A stretch of DNA of 32,000 bases from Betaproteobacteria bacterium (GTDB lineage Bacteria; Pseudomonadota; Gammaproteobacteria; Burkholderiales; Burkholderiaceae_E), in NCBI GenBank assembly GCA_031429355.1, contig JANOZM010000022.1:5563-37562 (forward strand), given 5' to 3'. A program made the position numbers and the translations under genes. A model generated the notes under the pieces. The model did no database searches. It was not told where the DNA came from and worked only from the letters and a program-made list of their open reading frames with translations. This document shows positions 8,754 through 17,663 of this stretch, piece by piece. Numbering within the stretch: position 1 is the first letter of the stretch; every line of letters starts with the position of its first letter.

Positions 8754-9483
8754 CCGAAGCCCAAGCTTGAGCCATTAGCAAGTTGTAGTCGATTACAGGG
8801 CACCCGAGAGTGTCCTGTATTGCTTGCCGGTAGGGCCCGAGGTTCGTACACTCAAAAAGTACTGCACTAAGCGGTAAATCAAATTGCGATTTGGCAGCCT
8901 GCATAAGCTCCATCGCTGCAAACATCACGTCCTGTTGAGCCAATTCACTATTTAAAACAATTTCATTATTGCTGATCACGCGATACAAATGCCCACTTTT
9001 AGGCAATCCAGCCATTGCGAAACGAGCTGGTGCAATACGCTTAAACCATTCGGCATTACCAAGCACTTGTGCGTCAAAAGTTAAAATACCCAACACACCA
9101 TTGCTCAAATCTATTACAGGATTTAAATTTGATAAATATTCCAACGATGAGCTTAAAAACGGAACACTAAGTTGTTGGGCTATTAGGGTTTGATAGGCTC
9201 CTAAAAACCCACACGAGGTTCCAACGATTAATGCACCACGATCAATTTCTTCACGCGCTACACGCACTATTTCTAAAACCAATGCTTGCTCACCTGCAGC
9301 CGAATGCGGGTTGTAAATCACCGCATCGACCGTTGCATTTGGAATAATACGAACTTCAACTGGAAACCCATGTGTTTGCGGATTCGAAGAATCACCAACA
9401 GGTCGCGGGAAACTAGTAGCTAGTTGAAGAACGGAGAAAAATGCCCGTCGCAAGCCCGGGGCAGTGACGCGTTTAGCAAGCAT
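8728..9483 (-). CDS. Asp/Glu/hydantoin-racemase-superfamily protein (two-cysteine fold), last gene of the catabolic operon
   Basis: The N-terminal [18 protein letters not shown] motif and the paired catalytic-type cysteine segments GTSCGF and FECTNLGPY support the call. The start ATG (9481-9483) overlaps the stop of the upstream Rieske oxygenase (TAATG). The 3' end overlaps ybjQ by 26 nt (convergent). Confidence 0.75.
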   Translation of the reverse strand: MLAKRVTAPGLRRAFFSVLQLATSFPRPVGDSSNPQTHGFPVEVRIIPNATVDAVIYNPHSAAGEQALVLEIVRVAREEIDRGALIVGTSCGFLGAYQTLIAQQLSVPFLSSSLEYLSNLNPVIDLSNGVLGILTFDAQVLGNAEWFKRIAPARFAMAGLPKSGHLYRVISNNEIVLNSELAQQDVMFAAMELMQAAKSQFDLPLSAVLFECTNLGPYRQAIQDTLGCPVIDYNLLMAQAWASVIFSQQCR

Positions 9484-10511
9484 TAATTTTGCTTACTCGC
9501 CTCTTCAGTCAGCTGCTTCTTCGCTAATTTTTGCATGTGCCGACGCAAGCGCGCTAAACCAACATCGTGATCATATAAATTCTCACGTTGGTTCGCATCG
9601 GGCTCCATGTTTTCCATCATCACTCGATCTTGCTCTAAAACATTCCAGTGACGCGCTTCTAGACGATTGCGATACAAAAACTTCCACGTATCGCGTTGCC
9701 AACCTTCGACCTTGCGGCAACGCCAATGAAACACGGCGGCTAATTGCGAATTGATAGGTGTGTAGCTGCCAATGATAATAAACGGGCCACCGGGGCCACC
9801 AGTTTTCGGATATGGAATTTCTAAGCGCATCCAATGAGTACCGGTATCAGCCCACTCGGCCCAGTCGAAGTTGACATTGCGTTGCCCTGCTTTTTCGAAA
9901 ATAAAACCGGCATCTGTTTTACGAATTGTAAATTTAGCGCTAATGTCGCCCTCGCTCATAGTGTGCGATTGCTTGTGCAAAAAAGTGCCGTGCATTGGGT
10001 CCATTACGTTATCGCTGACGTAGCGATAATCGGCGCGCCATTCCGCATAACAAATAAACGATGCATATTCATCGCCCGTTAATTCTTTTGGTAGCACCAA
10101 TGGCGGAACTTGAGCCACATGAGGTTCTTGCGCGTTATACAAATAAATAACCCCAGCAACCTCTTGTGTATGGAAACTACGAGCCGCCAAACTACCTTCT
10201 AATTGGCAACCGGGGCTAGCGGGTACCTTGGTCACCAAGCCATCACATCGCACTTCGATGCCGTGATACGGACAAGCTACACGATCGCCTAAATTAACGC
10301 CCATAGACAGCGGTGCACCGCGATGGGGGCAGTGATCTTCTAAAGCATGCACCTTACCTTCGCGGTCACGCCACAAGGCGATTTTGTAGCCAAAACGACG
10401 AAGTGAAATTAGCCGCTCTTTAACAAAAGTGGACGGCGCAACGGGATACCAAAGATTGCGAATACCAACGGCTAATCGTTGCTCAACTGCTTCAGGGGTT
10501 ACGGTATCCAT
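9483..10511 (-). CDS. Rieske [2Fe-2S] non-haem-iron oxygenase, alpha-subunit-only type, 342 aa
   Basis: The Rieske motif is CPHRGAPLSMGVNLGDRVACPYHG (CxH-x16-CxxH). The mononuclear-iron motif is DNVMDPMHGTFLH (D-x3-D-x2-H-x4-H). No beta-subunit gene is adjacent. Its size and architecture resemble the VanA/TsaM/CarAa-type alpha-n oxygenases. Confidence 0.9.
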   Translation of the reverse strand: MDTVTPEAVEQRLAVGIRNLWYPVAPSTFVKERLISLRRFGYKIALWRDREGKVHALEDHCPHRGAPLSMGVNLGDRVACPYHGIEVRCDGLVTKVPASPGCQLEGSLAARSFHTQEVAGVIYLYNAQEPHVAQVPPLVLPKELTGDEYASFICYAEWRADYRYVSDNVMDPMHGTFLHKQSHTMSEGDISAKFTIRKTDAGFIFEKAGQRNVNFDWAEWADTGTHWMRLEIPYPKTGGPGGPFIIIGSYTPINSQLAAVFHWRCRKVEGWQRDTWKFLYRNRLEARHWNVLEQDRVMMENMEPDANQRENLYDHDVGLARLRRHMQKLAKKQLTEEASKQN

Positions 10512-10757
10512 TTACAAACCTAGCTTAGCGATTTCTTGCTGATACAGAGCGGGCGTCCACGCTTGACCGTTAGGGCCCAGAGGGCCAGTTTTGTTTAACG
10601 CTTCTACCAAAGCGGGTAACTCGCTTACCCCCGCTGCGAACGCGCGCTCGATCGAATCGCCCAACAAATCTTCGTAAGGGGTTGGAGCACGTTCACGCGC
10701 TTGGTGCGGGTTTAAAGACCGCTCTGCATTGGCCGCGATGTGAATTACATTGCTCAT
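10512..10757 (-). CDS. Hypothetical small protein, 81 aa (possible helix-turn-helix-like C-terminus)
   Basis: The ORF abuts the Rieske oxygenase start (0-nt gap) and starts 1 nt after the upstream stop. The sequence ...TPYEDLLGDSIERAFAAGVSELPALVEALNKTGPLGPNGQAWTPALYQQEIAKLGL has no motif I can assign firmly. Coding status is supported by perfect operon packing. Confidence 0.6.
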   Translation of the reverse strand: MSNVIHIAANAERSLNPHQARERAPTPYEDLLGDSIERAFAAGVSELPALVEALNKTGPLGPNGQAWTPALYQQEIAKLGL

Positions 10758-10758
10758 T

Positions 10759-11103
10759 TTACTTTCCTCCTGCGCGTACCCGCTCGCGAATGCGTTCGCG
10801 TGCCGGTAAAAAATCGTATGTGGGATAACACTCTGTTTTAAACACGCCCCACGCCGAGCGTTCTAACTCGACGTTGACCACCGGCAATAAATGCGGGGGT
10901 AATTCTAAAGTTAATATTTGTCCTAAACCCATCGCCACTGTCCATGAAACTATTTTCACTTCATTCGGTGGAAACCGATCCCACCATTGGCTATCTTTGA
11001 GTTTGTTTTGAATATCCTCTAGCGTCAAGCCAGCGTGATGTTTCAAAATAACCGTTAACAAAACATTCGGATTATTTGCTGGGGCGCAGGGCTTCGTACC
11101 CAT
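10759..11103 (-). CDS. Hypothetical small protein, 114 aa
   Basis: The start ATG overlaps the stop of the upstream dioxygenase (TAATG at 11101-11105). The sequence VLLTVILKHHAGLTLEDIQNKLKDSQWWDRFPPNEVKIVSWTVAMGLGQILTLELP... has an alternating beta/alpha character that suggests a small ferredoxin-like/dimeric alpha+beta-barrel fold. That fold assignment is an inference only. Confidence 0.6.
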   Translation of the reverse strand: MGTKPCAPANNPNVLLTVILKHHAGLTLEDIQNKLKDSQWWDRFPPNEVKIVSWTVAMGLGQILTLELPPHLLPVVNVELERSAWGVFKTECYPTYDFLPARERIRERVRAGGK

Positions 11104-12116
11104 TAACTTTTCTTTTCGGTCAAGAACTTACCCGTTACCCCAACTGGTCCCGACTTTTGCCGCCGACTTCTGCCGTCAAGCCCACCATCTACGGCCCATT
11201 CGGCAAAAACTGTGGGTCCTGGTTCGAATATTCGCGGTTGCCATTCTTGGGTTAAATGGTCTTCGTCAGCGTTGTATTCAATAAGCCCGCCGCAAGGATT
11301 CTCAAAATACCAAAAGTAAGCCGACGATATCGGGTGACGGCCCGGCCCTAGCTGCGTTTTCCAACCTTGACGGTCCATATGCAAACCGCCACCGAACACT
11401 TCATGAATATCCCGCACGGTAAACGCTACATGATTTAAACCTTGCGCTTTGCCCGGCACCTGCAACAAGAACAGATCGTGGTGACCGCCCTCGGCTGCAC
11501 AACGCATAAAGATTCCGCGCCCCGGATATTGATCAGACGTTACAAAACCCAAGCGCGCATAAAAATCTTCGACTTCTTTCAGCGCCGTTGTAAACAATAC
11601 AACATGCCCAATTTCTATTGGTTGCGCGTTGTTGTAAATAGGCGAAGGTGAATTGATACGATGGTTATAACCCCATGGGTTCGATTGACCGCCACTGATT
11701 TTAACTTCGGTTTTTTTATTTAGGGTAAAGCTAATCAGTAGCCCATGCGGGTCTAGGGCTTCGACATAACCTTGAAGGCCACCGTCGGTTCGACAATCCT
11801 TGAAACCTTTTACACCGGCTAAAAGTTGCGCAATTTTTTGAAGGCACGTAATAGAATGTACCCCCCACTCTACCGCTCGTAGGGTCGCTCCGCTTTCGAT
11901 GGGTGTAGGGTAATTCGCATCATCGCCTCGCACCACACGTACTAAAGAATTGTTTTGTGTGCGCCATTGCTGAACTTCGTTACTCACCATTTCGCTACGC
12001 AAACCCCAGTCAGCGTAAAACCGTTGAGCTTCGGCCCATTGCTCCGCAGTGTCCGTCGAATAGGTAATCGCTTGAATGCCTTCGATGCCTTGATGCGTGC
12101 TTAAAGTTGTTTGCAT
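11103..12116 (-). CDS. Two-domain VOC-superfamily (type I) extradiol ring-cleavage dioxygenase-like protein, 337 aa
   Basis: The C-terminal domain has the His/His/Glu pattern of type I extradiol dioxygenases (IEIGHVVLF ... GLNHVAFTV ... GLIEYNAD). The N-terminal half is a degenerate VOC module. Confidence 0.8.
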   Translation of the reverse strand: MQTTLSTHQGIEGIQAITYSTDTAEQWAEAQRFYADWGLRSEMVSNEVQQWRTQNNSLVRVVRGDDANYPTPIESGATLRAVEWGVHSITCLQKIAQLLAGVKGFKDCRTDGGLQGYVEALDPHGLLISFTLNKKTEVKISGGQSNPWGYNHRINSPSPIYNNAQPIEIGHVVLFTTALKEVEDFYARLGFVTSDQYPGRGIFMRCAAEGGHHDLFLLQVPGKAQGLNHVAFTVRDIHEVFGGGLHMDRQGWKTQLGPGRHPISSAYFWYFENPCGGLIEYNADEDHLTQEWQPRIFEPGPTVFAEWAVDGGLDGRSRRQKSGPVGVTGKFLTEKKS

Positions 12117-12125
12117 AGCTCAGCT

Positions 12126-13604
12126 TTAGTTGGCCCAAGTAAGGGGTTGTTCGTTAAGACCCCAATAAAAACTTTTTTGGTTGGTGTATTCCAAAATACT
12201 CGTCCGACCTTTTTCACGTCCAGTACCACTCATTTTAACGCCACCGAAGGGAGTACTGATGGAAAACACTTTATAGGTATTAATCCAGACCGTACCGGTT
12301 TGTAACGCACGACCAATTCGCATGGCGGTTTTATAGTTTTGGGTCCAAATACCCGAAGCTAAACCGTACACATTATGGTTACATTGCGCAATTAAATCGG
12401 CTTCATCTTCAAACGGAATAAGAACCAAGACCGGACCAAAAATTTCTTCTTGGCAGGTCTGCGATGTATTTGCTAATTCTTCAAAAATGGTCGGGTTGAA
12501 ATAGTTGCCCTCAGCCAAAGACGCATCGCTTGGCGCACTACCACCGCACAACAATCGCCCACCTTCGGCTATACCCAAATCAACATAGCGCTGTACGCTG
12601 GCTCGATGGCTTGGGCTGACCAAAGGCCCCATTTGCGTGCGTTCACTGGCTGGGTCACCTACTCGCAACTGGGCAGTGCGTTCTAACAAGCGCTTCTTAA
12701 ATTGATCGTACACCGACTGGTGTACAAAGCAGCGCGAACCAGCAATACAGCTTTCGCCCGATGAACTGAAAATTCCGAAAATAACGCCGGCAACTGCATG
12801 TTCAACATCCGCGTCATCACAAACGATGGTGGGCGATTTTCCACCCAACTCTAACGAAACTGGCATTAATTTTTCAGCGGCTAATTTTGCAATACCTAAA
12901 CCCACCGTTGTACCGCCGGTAAATGCTATCCGTTTAATCAGCGGGTGCTTGACTAAGGCATCGCCAACAATAGGACCCTTGCCCGGCAACACACTAACAA
13001 TACCTGCCGGCACACCCGCTTCTAAAACAATGCGTGTTAGTTCGATCGCCATGCGCGGTGTAATTTCGGCGGGTTTAATAATAATTGCACAACCAGCGGC
13101 AAGCGCTGGCGCTATTTTTTGCGCTTCACTTGCAATGGGAGAATTCCACGGAGTAATGGCCGCAACTACCCCTAAAGGTTCGTGCAGGCTCATTGTTAAA
13201 AATTCGCCTCGCACGGGCGTTACTAAATCTTCTAGAGTCTCGCAGGCGCTTGCAAAGTACTGAAAAGTACTCGCCGCACTGGCAACTAAAGCGCGGGTTT
13301 CGTTAATGGGCTTGCCGTTATCGAGGCGTTGCAATTGTGCAAGCTGCTCGGCATTGGCACGAATGCCTTGAGCAATTTTGTAAAGCAACGCTGCGCGCTC
13401 GTGTGGCTTTAAATTAGCCCAGTTCGGTTGCAATCGGGCCGACTCGGCAAATTGAACGGCAGCATCCACGTCGCCCTCTGTGCAGGCATTAAGCTGGGCA
13501 ACCAAGGTTCCATTTGCGGGGTAACTTGTGGCGTAAGACGGACCAGAGCCATCGCGCCATTTACCTGTAAAATAGGTTTGCAACTGCTCTATTTTAGGGT
13601 TCAT
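12126..13604 (-). CDS. NAD(P)+-dependent aldehyde dehydrogenase, 492 aa
   Basis: Track ORF 12126..13646, trimmed to the Met at 13602-13604, which forms an ATGA overlap with the ThDP-enzyme stop. Motifs seen are ITPWNSP, the catalytic Glu in SLELGGKSP and the catalytic Cys in SSGESCIAGSR. Confidence 0.92.
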   Translation of the reverse strand: MNPKIEQLQTYFTGKWRDGSGPSYATSYPANGTLVAQLNACTEGDVDAAVQFAESARLQPNWANLKPHERAALLYKIAQGIRANAEQLAQLQRLDNGKPINETRALVASAASTFQYFASACETLEDLVTPVRGEFLTMSLHEPLGVVAAITPWNSPIASEAQKIAPALAAGCAIIIKPAEITPRMAIELTRIVLEAGVPAGIVSVLPGKGPIVGDALVKHPLIKRIAFTGGTTVGLGIAKLAAEKLMPVSLELGGKSPTIVCDDADVEHAVAGVIFGIFSSSGESCIAGSRCFVHQSVYDQFKKRLLERTAQLRVGDPASERTQMGPLVSPSHRASVQRYVDLGIAEGGRLLCGGSAPSDASLAEGNYFNPTIFEELANTSQTCQEEIFGPVLVLIPFEDEADLIAQCNHNVYGLASGIWTQNYKTAMRIGRALQTGTVWINTYKVFSISTPFGGVKMSGTGREKGRTSILEYTNQKSFYWGLNEQPLTWAN

Positions 13605-15283
13605 TTTTTTGGTGGCCCCGCAAATTTTGCAACGAATGGGCCCCAAGAACGCATATCCACTTCGATCATTACTGGACCTGGCAAGGCCAACGCTTCACCG
13701 ATAACACGGTCACTATCAGCTGGTTGACTTAACAATAGATGTTTCGCGCCCATGCTGGCACACAGCATGGCAAAGTTGGGTGTATGCAACTCGACGTAGC
13801 AATGGCGACCACCATACACGGCGTCTTGAATATTTTTAATGACGCCATAACCACCATCGTTCATCACAATCATTAGCAAATCTGCGCGCTCTTGTACTGC
13901 GCAAGCTAATTCACCCGGGTTAAGCATGAAGCCGCCATCGCCAATTAACGCGACGGTTTTTTTGTTTAAGCTATGTTCAGTATTGGCAACGGCTGCGCCA
14001 ACACCCATCGCTAGACCCTGACCGATACCGCCGCCCAACGCATGCAAGCCAGCATTGGGTTGATTAAGCATCAGGCTACGGTTACCCCACATCGTGTTGG
14101 ATAAAGTAATGTCGCGCACCCACCAGCATTGGCTTTTTAATGCGGAATTAAGGCTGTCTTTCAATTTAACGTACGCACCAAGTCCAGCATCGACATGCTG
14201 CTCGGCCGCAACGCGTGCGGCTTTTAAATCTGAACGGAATTTGGATTCGATACTAGATTCGATTCCAACCTTCTTTTCCGAGGAATCGAGCAACGCAGCA
14301 CTCAAAGCGTCAGCCAGCGCATCAAGGCTTAGAGCAGCATCGCCTTGGATAAATATTTCGTTTGGGTAGGCTCGATTGTCGGCGGCTTGATCGGCATCAA
14401 TTCGGTACAGGTTCGAGGGTAAATTTAATTTGTAGCTTAGCGTTTCGTTACTACGCAAACGTGAACCTACGACCAATAGTGCGTCACAAGTTTCATAAAA
14501 TGCTTCAACTGGTTTTTGTAAATTAAATGCACCTAGGCTCGCCGAATGATTTTCGTCAACAATACCGCGCCCTTGTACCGAAGTGACAACGCCCCAACCT
14601 AAATCAATAAAACGTTGTACTTGCTTAGATGCACCACGAGCACCGCCACCTAGCCACAACAAAGGTCGCTTTGCGTTTTTTAACACTTGCGCTAATTGCT
14701 TAATTTTTTGTACTTCGGGCGCTAAAGATTGAGCGGGCAGAAACTGCAAAAGTCTGGGCAATGCTAATAAGCTAGCCTGCACGTCAATTGGAATTTCAAC
14801 GCTGACTGGCCCACATGGGGCTGTCGTCGCTAATAACGCCGCTGCTTGCAAAACAGCAAGCGCTTGGTCAGCATGGCTAATTCTAAACGCGCCCTTACCA
14901 ACGGCTTGCAACATCGCCAACTGCGCGGGGGCCTCGTGAATAAAACCCAAGTTTTTATCCAGGTAAGCAGAATCGATTTGGCCAGTTAAATGCAACAAAG
15001 GGGTGCCTGCTGTTAACGCCTCAATGAGCGCACCAGCGGCATTGCCTGCACCAGTACCAGTGCTAGTTACACAAACGCCTAGTGACCCGCTAACACGCGA
15101 ATACGCATCGGCCATGTTACAGGCACCCGCCTCACCTCGCGCTGGAACAAAGCGAATTTTTTGGCGTTTATTAAATGCATCAAGGATGGGCATGTTGTGA
15201 ATCGAAATTACACCAAAGGCGGCTTTGGTTCCGCAGGTTTCTAAAAACCGTGCTGCTAATTCACCAACAGTAATTTGTTCCAT
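13601..15283 (-). CDS. Thiamine-diphosphate-dependent enzyme (acetolactate-synthase/benzoylformate-decarboxylase superfamily), 560 aa
   Basis: The N-terminal Pyr domain reads AFGVISIHNMPILDA...ARGEAGACNMADAYSRVSG...VTSTGTGAGNA. The C-terminal ThDP/Mg motif reads IGDGGFMLNPGELACAV...LMIVMNDGGYG. No small regulatory subunit is adjacent, so it is probably not a biosynthetic AHAS. Confidence 0.88.
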   Translation of the reverse strand: MEQITVGELAARFLETCGTKAAFGVISIHNMPILDAFNKRQKIRFVPARGEAGACNMADAYSRVSGSLGVCVTSTGTGAGNAAGALIEALTAGTPLLHLTGQIDSAYLDKNLGFIHEAPAQLAMLQAVGKGAFRISHADQALAVLQAAALLATTAPCGPVSVEIPIDVQASLLALPRLLQFLPAQSLAPEVQKIKQLAQVLKNAKRPLLWLGGGARGASKQVQRFIDLGWGVVTSVQGRGIVDENHSASLGAFNLQKPVEAFYETCDALLVVGSRLRSNETLSYKLNLPSNLYRIDADQAADNRAYPNEIFIQGDAALSLDALADALSAALLDSSEKKVGIESSIESKFRSDLKAARVAAEQHVDAGLGAYVKLKDSLNSALKSQCWWVRDITLSNTMWGNRSLMLNQPNAGLHALGGGIGQGLAMGVGAAVANTEHSLNKKTVALIGDGGFMLNPGELACAVQERADLLMIVMNDGGYGVIKNIQDAVYGGRHCYVELHTPNFAMLCASMGAKHLLLSQPADSDRVIGEALALPGPVMIEVDMRSWGPFVAKFAGPPKK

Positions 15284-16095
15284 TAAGTATTCTTTGGGGG
15301 ATGCGATTCGTTTAAGCGTTCGGATAATTGATTAGCCGCTTCGACTACTTTTTCAACCAACCGCGAAAGCTCGTCCGGCGCAATGCTCGCCGCTGGAACG
15401 GTAATACTAATAGTTGCTTGCACTTGTCCACTAATACTTTTTACTGGTGCAGCGATCGTTGAAATACCACTTTCGAAACCGCCCTGACTAACGCCGTAGC
15501 CATTAGTTTTAATTATTTCGATTAAACCATTTAAAGCAGAAAAGTTTGTTGGCGTTTGATCGGTATACTTTTTAAAAGAATCACCTCGGTACAATTGCTC
15601 GAGACTTTGCTGGCTTAAACCCGACAGCAAAACGCGCCCCAACACAGTGGCATGGGCTGGCAAACGTGCACCCACTTGAATCGAGTTAAACAATTTTGCA
15701 AAACCAACCGATTTGGCAATAATGACCGCATCACGGGCGTCTCGAACAACTAGGTGTGCGGAGTAACTAGTAGTGTCGCGTAGCGCATCCAAAATCGGGC
15801 GGCCATGCTCGGTAATTTCCATCGAGGCAATGTATTCAAAGCCCAAACGCAAAACAGCAACACCCAATCGATAGCGACTGGTCTCATCGATTCGTTCGAT
15901 AAAACCAGCTGACTCTAACGTTTGTAATATTCGGAATATTGAGGCTCTAGGTAGCTCAAGTAAATGCACAAAATCCGCACCTGTCAGCTCTTTGCGCTCG
16001 CGGCTAAACAAACTAAGCATTTGCAAACCACGTTGCAAGGCAGGCACGTTATAGCGTTCGTGAGAACCTAACAACGTAATGTCATCGCGTTTCAT
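15283..16095 (-). CDS. IclR-family transcriptional regulator embedded in the operon, 270 aa
   Basis: The HTH is LQRGLQMLSLFSRERKELTGADFVHLLELPRASIFRILQTLESAGFIE, followed by an IclR effector domain. The start overlaps the hydrolase stop (ATGA 16092-16095). The stop overlaps the ThDP-enzyme start (TAATG 15281-15285). Confidence 0.9.
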   Translation of the reverse strand: MKRDDITLLGSHERYNVPALQRGLQMLSLFSRERKELTGADFVHLLELPRASIFRILQTLESAGFIERIDETSRYRLGVAVLRLGFEYIASMEITEHGRPILDALRDTTSYSAHLVVRDARDAVIIAKSVGFAKLFNSIQVGARLPAHATVLGRVLLSGLSQQSLEQLYRGDSFKKYTDQTPTNFSALNGLIEIIKTNGYGVSQGGFESGISTIAAPVKSISGQVQATISITVPAASIAPDELSRLVEKVVEAANQLSERLNESHPPKNT

Positions 16096-17030
16096 GAGGA
16101 CGCTCCTTGATTAAAACTAGATTCGAGGCCAATTAGTTGATTTACAGCGCTGGATGCTTCAAACGCACATAAGTGCCCAACTCCACCTAGGTCGATTAAT
16201 TTTTTCGAAATAACTGCGGCAACCTTGATGCACTTTGCAGGTGGCGTAATTACATCTTGTAGACCGCTTGCGACTTGAATATCTAAGTCGGGTGCTAACT
16301 CTTTAATGAAGCGCAAATCGGATAGCAAATCACCGAGCGCCAACATTTGCGCGGCAGAACGATAGCCATCAGGGTTTAGCCCTGCCATCACGTTTTGCAC
16401 AAAGGCAATATCGGCGCTTGCTGCGTCAGCACTCAACATCGAAGGCGCGCGCGCTGCGGCAAGACCTTGTGGACCTAACTGATCTAAGGTCGCTAAGCGT
16501 TGATTCAATACACGGTCACGCACTTCCTCTGTCTCTTGCAAGTAACCTTGGGCAGGAGCCAAAAGGGTAAGGCGACTAACTTGAGTAGGTCGCATAAGAG
16601 TGGCGCTGGCTGCAATTAACGCACCGAGCGAATGTCCAACTAAATGCAATCGACCTTGGTCAGGGGAATTACTAATCTTCAAGATATCGAGCCACGTCCA
16701 CAACAAGCTGGCGTAATCACTGGCTAAAGGCCACGAGAAACCAATTGAGGCACTACCACCGTAACCTGGAGCATTCCATGCCAATACTCGTTGCTCTGTG
16801 CTCAACGAATTTTCTTGTTGTTCATCTTGGTGTTGGGACATTGCTTGCAATTGTTTGGTCCAACTTGTGGCGCCAGAACCAATGCCATGAAGCAATACAA
16901 CTGTTTCAGTTAACGCATTGTTGTGCTCTATTGGAGCGCCAGCATGCAAGTACTCAATACCGGCACAGTACTTTGTCTCAAACGAAATGTTCGATAACAA
17001 TTGGGGTAATTTAGGAATGACGGCTAACAT
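16092..17030 (-). CDS. Alpha/beta-fold hydrolase (possible C-C bond / meta-cleavage-product hydrolase), 312 aa
   Basis: The oxyanion HG motif is VVLLHGIGSG, the nucleophile elbow is LVGHSLGA, and the C-terminal His lies in GGVGHLCAFE. Confidence 0.85.
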   Translation of the reverse strand: MLAVIPKLPQLLSNISFETKYCAGIEYLHAGAPIEHNNALTETVVLLHGIGSGATSWTKQLQAMSQHQDEQQENSLSTEQRVLAWNAPGYGGSASIGFSWPLASDYASLLWTWLDILKISNSPDQGRLHLVGHSLGALIAASATLMRPTQVSRLTLLAPAQGYLQETEEVRDRVLNQRLATLDQLGPQGLAAARAPSMLSADAASADIAFVQNVMAGLNPDGYRSAAQMLALGDLLSDLRFIKELAPDLDIQVASGLQDVITPPAKCIKVAAVISKKLIDLGGVGHLCAFEASSAVNQLIGLESSFNQGASS

Positions 17031-17035
17031 TATTT

Positions 17036-17629
17036 TTACTTTTGCAAATTGCGTTTAATTGCAGCTAGAGGAGAATCGGGCGGGTAAACCGGCGTAATGG
17101 GTTTTGGCGAACCCAGCATCACACACATCAGTGCATCTTCATCGCCAATATTAATTTCTTCACGGTAAACCCCTGGTGGAACCGAAATGAGGTCGCGTTC
17201 ATTTACGATCGTTTCCCAACGCTCGCCGTTCCGTTCGCAAATAACTTTCATTTTTCCTCGCAACATAAAAAATATTTCTTCTACATCGTAATGAATATGC
17301 ATTGGGCCTTCGTGCCCAGCAGGAATAAGCATTGTTGAAAAAGTGAAATGGCCAACGGGTACTGTGTTGCTATCTTTGGCAACGCCAGTGCCCCCGGTTC
17401 CCACGTAACGCATTTGGGCACGGCGATATTTCGGGTCGTAGTCAGCTTGAAACTTTAGTGCATCCCAGTCGTAACGACGTGTCGCCATGCGCGCCACTCG
17501 GCTTTCCATCCATTGCGCAAAACTCTGATCGGTTTGCTGCATCATCCCTTGTTGAATTTGCGCCTCGGGTGGAATAGTGGCATCTAATAGGCCACGTTCA
17601 TTAAAGATTGGTTCGTTGGCTGCATTCAT
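17036..17629 (-). CDS. Cupin-domain protein (monocupin with metal-binding motif), 197 aa
   Basis: Track ORF 17036..17719, trimmed to Met-31 (cat at 17627-17629) so that it no longer overlaps the SDR gene. The cupin motif 1 is GHEGPMHIHYDVEEIFFMLRG (G-x5-HxH-x3,4-E-x6-G). A second motif lies around ISVPPGVYREEIN. Confidence 0.8.
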   Translation of the reverse strand: MNAANEPIFNERGLLDATIPPEAQIQQGMMQQTDQSFAQWMESRVARMATRRYDWDALKFQADYDPKYRRAQMRYVGTGGTGVAKDSNTVPVGHFTFSTMLIPAGHEGPMHIHYDVEEIFFMLRGKMKVICERNGERWETIVNERDLISVPPGVYREEINIGDEDALMCVMLGSPKPITPVYPPDSPLAAIKRNLQK

Positions 17630-17663
17630 TATGTTTGTTCTTTCATCTTTTTTCGTGCGCCAT

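Noticed and set aside
12826-13263. 145-aa + strand ORF inside the aldehyde dehydrogenase gene. The same reasoning applies to 3400..3771(-), 21804..22166(+), 25707..26084(-), 27869..28267(-) and 31133..31549(+).
   Set aside because: All are nested in, or antisense to, genes with clear catalytic motifs. None has family-like sequence or independent translation signals.
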